Below, piece by piece: positions 62,508 to 64,000 of a DNA stretch of 64,000 bases; position 1 is the stretch's first letter, and the number at the start of each line of letters is the position of its first letter. The notes below the pieces were generated by a model that searched no databases, had not been told where the DNA came from, and saw only the letters and a list, made by a program, of their open reading frames with translations. The position numbers and the translations under genes were made by a program. Location: contig CAZIYW010000011.1 in the NCBI GenBank assembly GCA_964543525.1, positions 1,300 through 65,299 on the forward strand. Reading direction: 5' to 3'. The DNA comes from an uncultured Fibrobacterota bacterium (lineage in GTDB: Bacteria > Fibrobacterota > Chitinivibrionia > Chitinivibrionales > JANQEN01).

Positions 62508-63692
62508 ATGAAAGTAAAATCCCCCCTTATTGTATGTATTGTCTGTTTTCCGATGAAGTTACCTACCAACTCGCTGAAAAACGAGCTGAAATTCATGTTT
62601 CCAATTCCATAGCTGAATTTCCCGGATCACCTCTTTTCGGACTGCTCGGTGAGCCAAATTTACCTGTCGATAATATAACCCTGCTTCTTCCTCCGGATGC
62701 GGATCTGAGTACCGTTTCGGTTTCAATTAAACACAGCAGGTTCGTTGATATTCAGGGGAAATTTGACATAAATCCCAGATACCCGTTGAGAACTACTGAT
62801 GGCGATATTGAGACTGATGTGAGAAAACGGATTGTTAATGACTGTGATATTGAGATCTATTCATCAAACAGCTTTTTTCCGAAAAATTGTATCAGAAGTG
62901 TTCAGGTCGGTCAGCTTGAAATTATAAGCTGTTAAATATTATTGTGCAACGGTATAAGTTTAATCCGGTTCTTGGAAAGTTAAAGCATCTTGCATCAGGC
63001 GACCTCATCGTATCATTTAGCAAGGAAGTTAACCGTCCTGATTTCAGTTATGGGATACCTGCCACGTTTGCGGCAACCGTTGCAGATATCACTGATAATT
63101 ATCGTGAAGTTGCCGGTGCATATGCTGCTTTGAGAACAGTACAAAAATCTACCTATTTAATAATAACAACGTCATCGTTACAGAGCTCCCTGTCCTCACT
63201 ATCGAAATTTAAAAATATTAAAGCGAATCAGGGATTCAATGTAGAAACCATTACTGAGTCAACCTGGGGGGGGGGAGGGGGGTGGCGCCGGTGATGCTGC
63301 CATGAATAAAATCCGCGACTGGCTCCAGAATAATTATCAGTCTAAAAGTATAGAATATGTTTTTATTATCGGCGATCCCAATACGTCAAGCCAGACCCCA
63401 ATGGCACACGGACCGACCGCTTCAGATACCCGGCCGCTGGTCGATTATTGTTACGCTGATTTGAGTACCAGGGTGTGGAAGGCCGATGGCAGGACCTACG
63501 CTGAATATGGCGAAACCCGGAACAATCGATATTATTGATATGCGTGGTAAACGGATTGCCAGACTAAATATATCAGGTACCGGTTTTGTTAAATGGAACT
63601 ATACTTCCAAAAATGTTGCAAAGGGAATTTATTTCGCGAGATTTTATTATAAAGATGCTTTGTCTGCAGGATTAAAGTTTTACCTAAAATAA
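62508..63692 (+). pseudogene. Peptidase C25 (gingipain-like) gene, frameshifted and internally deleted, retaining a T9SS-type tail
   Basis: ATG 62508 signal MKVKSPLIVCIV; propeptide GEPNLP..LLLPP..YKFNP; YLIIT..K...GF, IRDWL..YVFIIGD, DYCYADL; frameshifts near 62550, 62917 and the G10-A-G6 tract 63266-63282; jumps to IIDMRGKRI..GIYF near 63515. Confidence 0.82.
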
Positions 63693-63861
63693 AAAGCATA
63701 AAGAGTTCAAATCCTTTTTTAAAATGAAAGATAAAACACCAGTGACAGAGATTAACCAATTGTTCGAAGCTTCAAAATCCAGATAAGCAGGTACCAACTG
63801 TTAAAAATCGCACCGTTATGTCATTTTAACGAAAATAGTGTTCGGTGAATGGGAATGAATA

Positions 63862-63938
63862 AACCAACGAGTAAAATGAGTGGAAAGGTACTCTTTTATA
63901 AATAAATACACTTTTTCACTCCATTTTTATAGTTATGT
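63862..63938 (-). mobile_element. Integron attC site (77 bp)
   Basis: Minus strand: R'' ACATAAC, 5 nt, L'' AAATGGAG (8 nt, extra G), central region, L' CTCATTT (7 nt), 5 nt, R' GTTGGTT; the upstream gene's TAA lies within R''. Confidence 0.7.
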
Positions 63939-64000
63939 ATTCAGATTTCCACCAAGTTCATCAATATCTGCAATATCTTTGGGGCGTCCGGACTCTCGTT
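63933..64000 (-). CDS. 3' end of a probable nucleotidyltransferase-like (toxin-antitoxin-type) protein; gene starts beyond the window
   Basis: Minus strand reads RESGRPKDIADIDELGGNLNT*, similar to the K..SGRPKD..D C-terminal motif of such proteins; only 22 codons visible. Confidence 0.5.
   Translation of the reverse strand, partial: RESGRPKDIADIDELGGNLNT

Noticed and set aside
1-64000. CRISPR array, rRNA, reverse transcriptase/DGR, prophage structural genes, integrase
   Set aside because: None seen. The many short antisense ORFs in the track overlap well-supported genes and were treated as shadows.

Overview
Chromosomal window from a bacterium that is probably Fibrobacterota (Chitinivibrionia/Chitinispirillia-like). 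This is inferred from a TIGR02147-type protein, several secreted proteins with T9SS-type C-terminal sorting tails, and a long NagB. The intact housekeeping core is thrS-infC(ATT start)-rpmI-rplT-pheS-pheT, zapB-zapA-(6S candidate)-rny-ymdB-xseA-xseB-ispA, tdh, kbl, smc, an RluC-like synthase and three tRNAs (Gln-CTG, Glu-CTC, Val-GAC). Accessory content: an ABC-type ATPase + DUF4276/TOPRIM-like pair (PARIS-like defence candidate); an exbB-exbD operon whose TonB slot holds an 815-aa protein with a TonB-type S-x3-H anchor, a CBM9-like domain and an Ig-like domain; a family of short TA-flanked MITE/REP-like elements; nested IS1380/IS1595 debris; and an array of T9SS-type cargo genes that share a repeated stalk but have different heads. 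At the right edge is a structurally canonical attC site directly after a truncated nucleotidyltransferase-like gene, suggesting an integron cassette array continues beyond the window. Several surface or secreted genes are pseudogenised while housekeeping genes are clean. No CRISPR array, rRNA or integrase was seen. All family assignments come from motif recognition by eye, not database searches.
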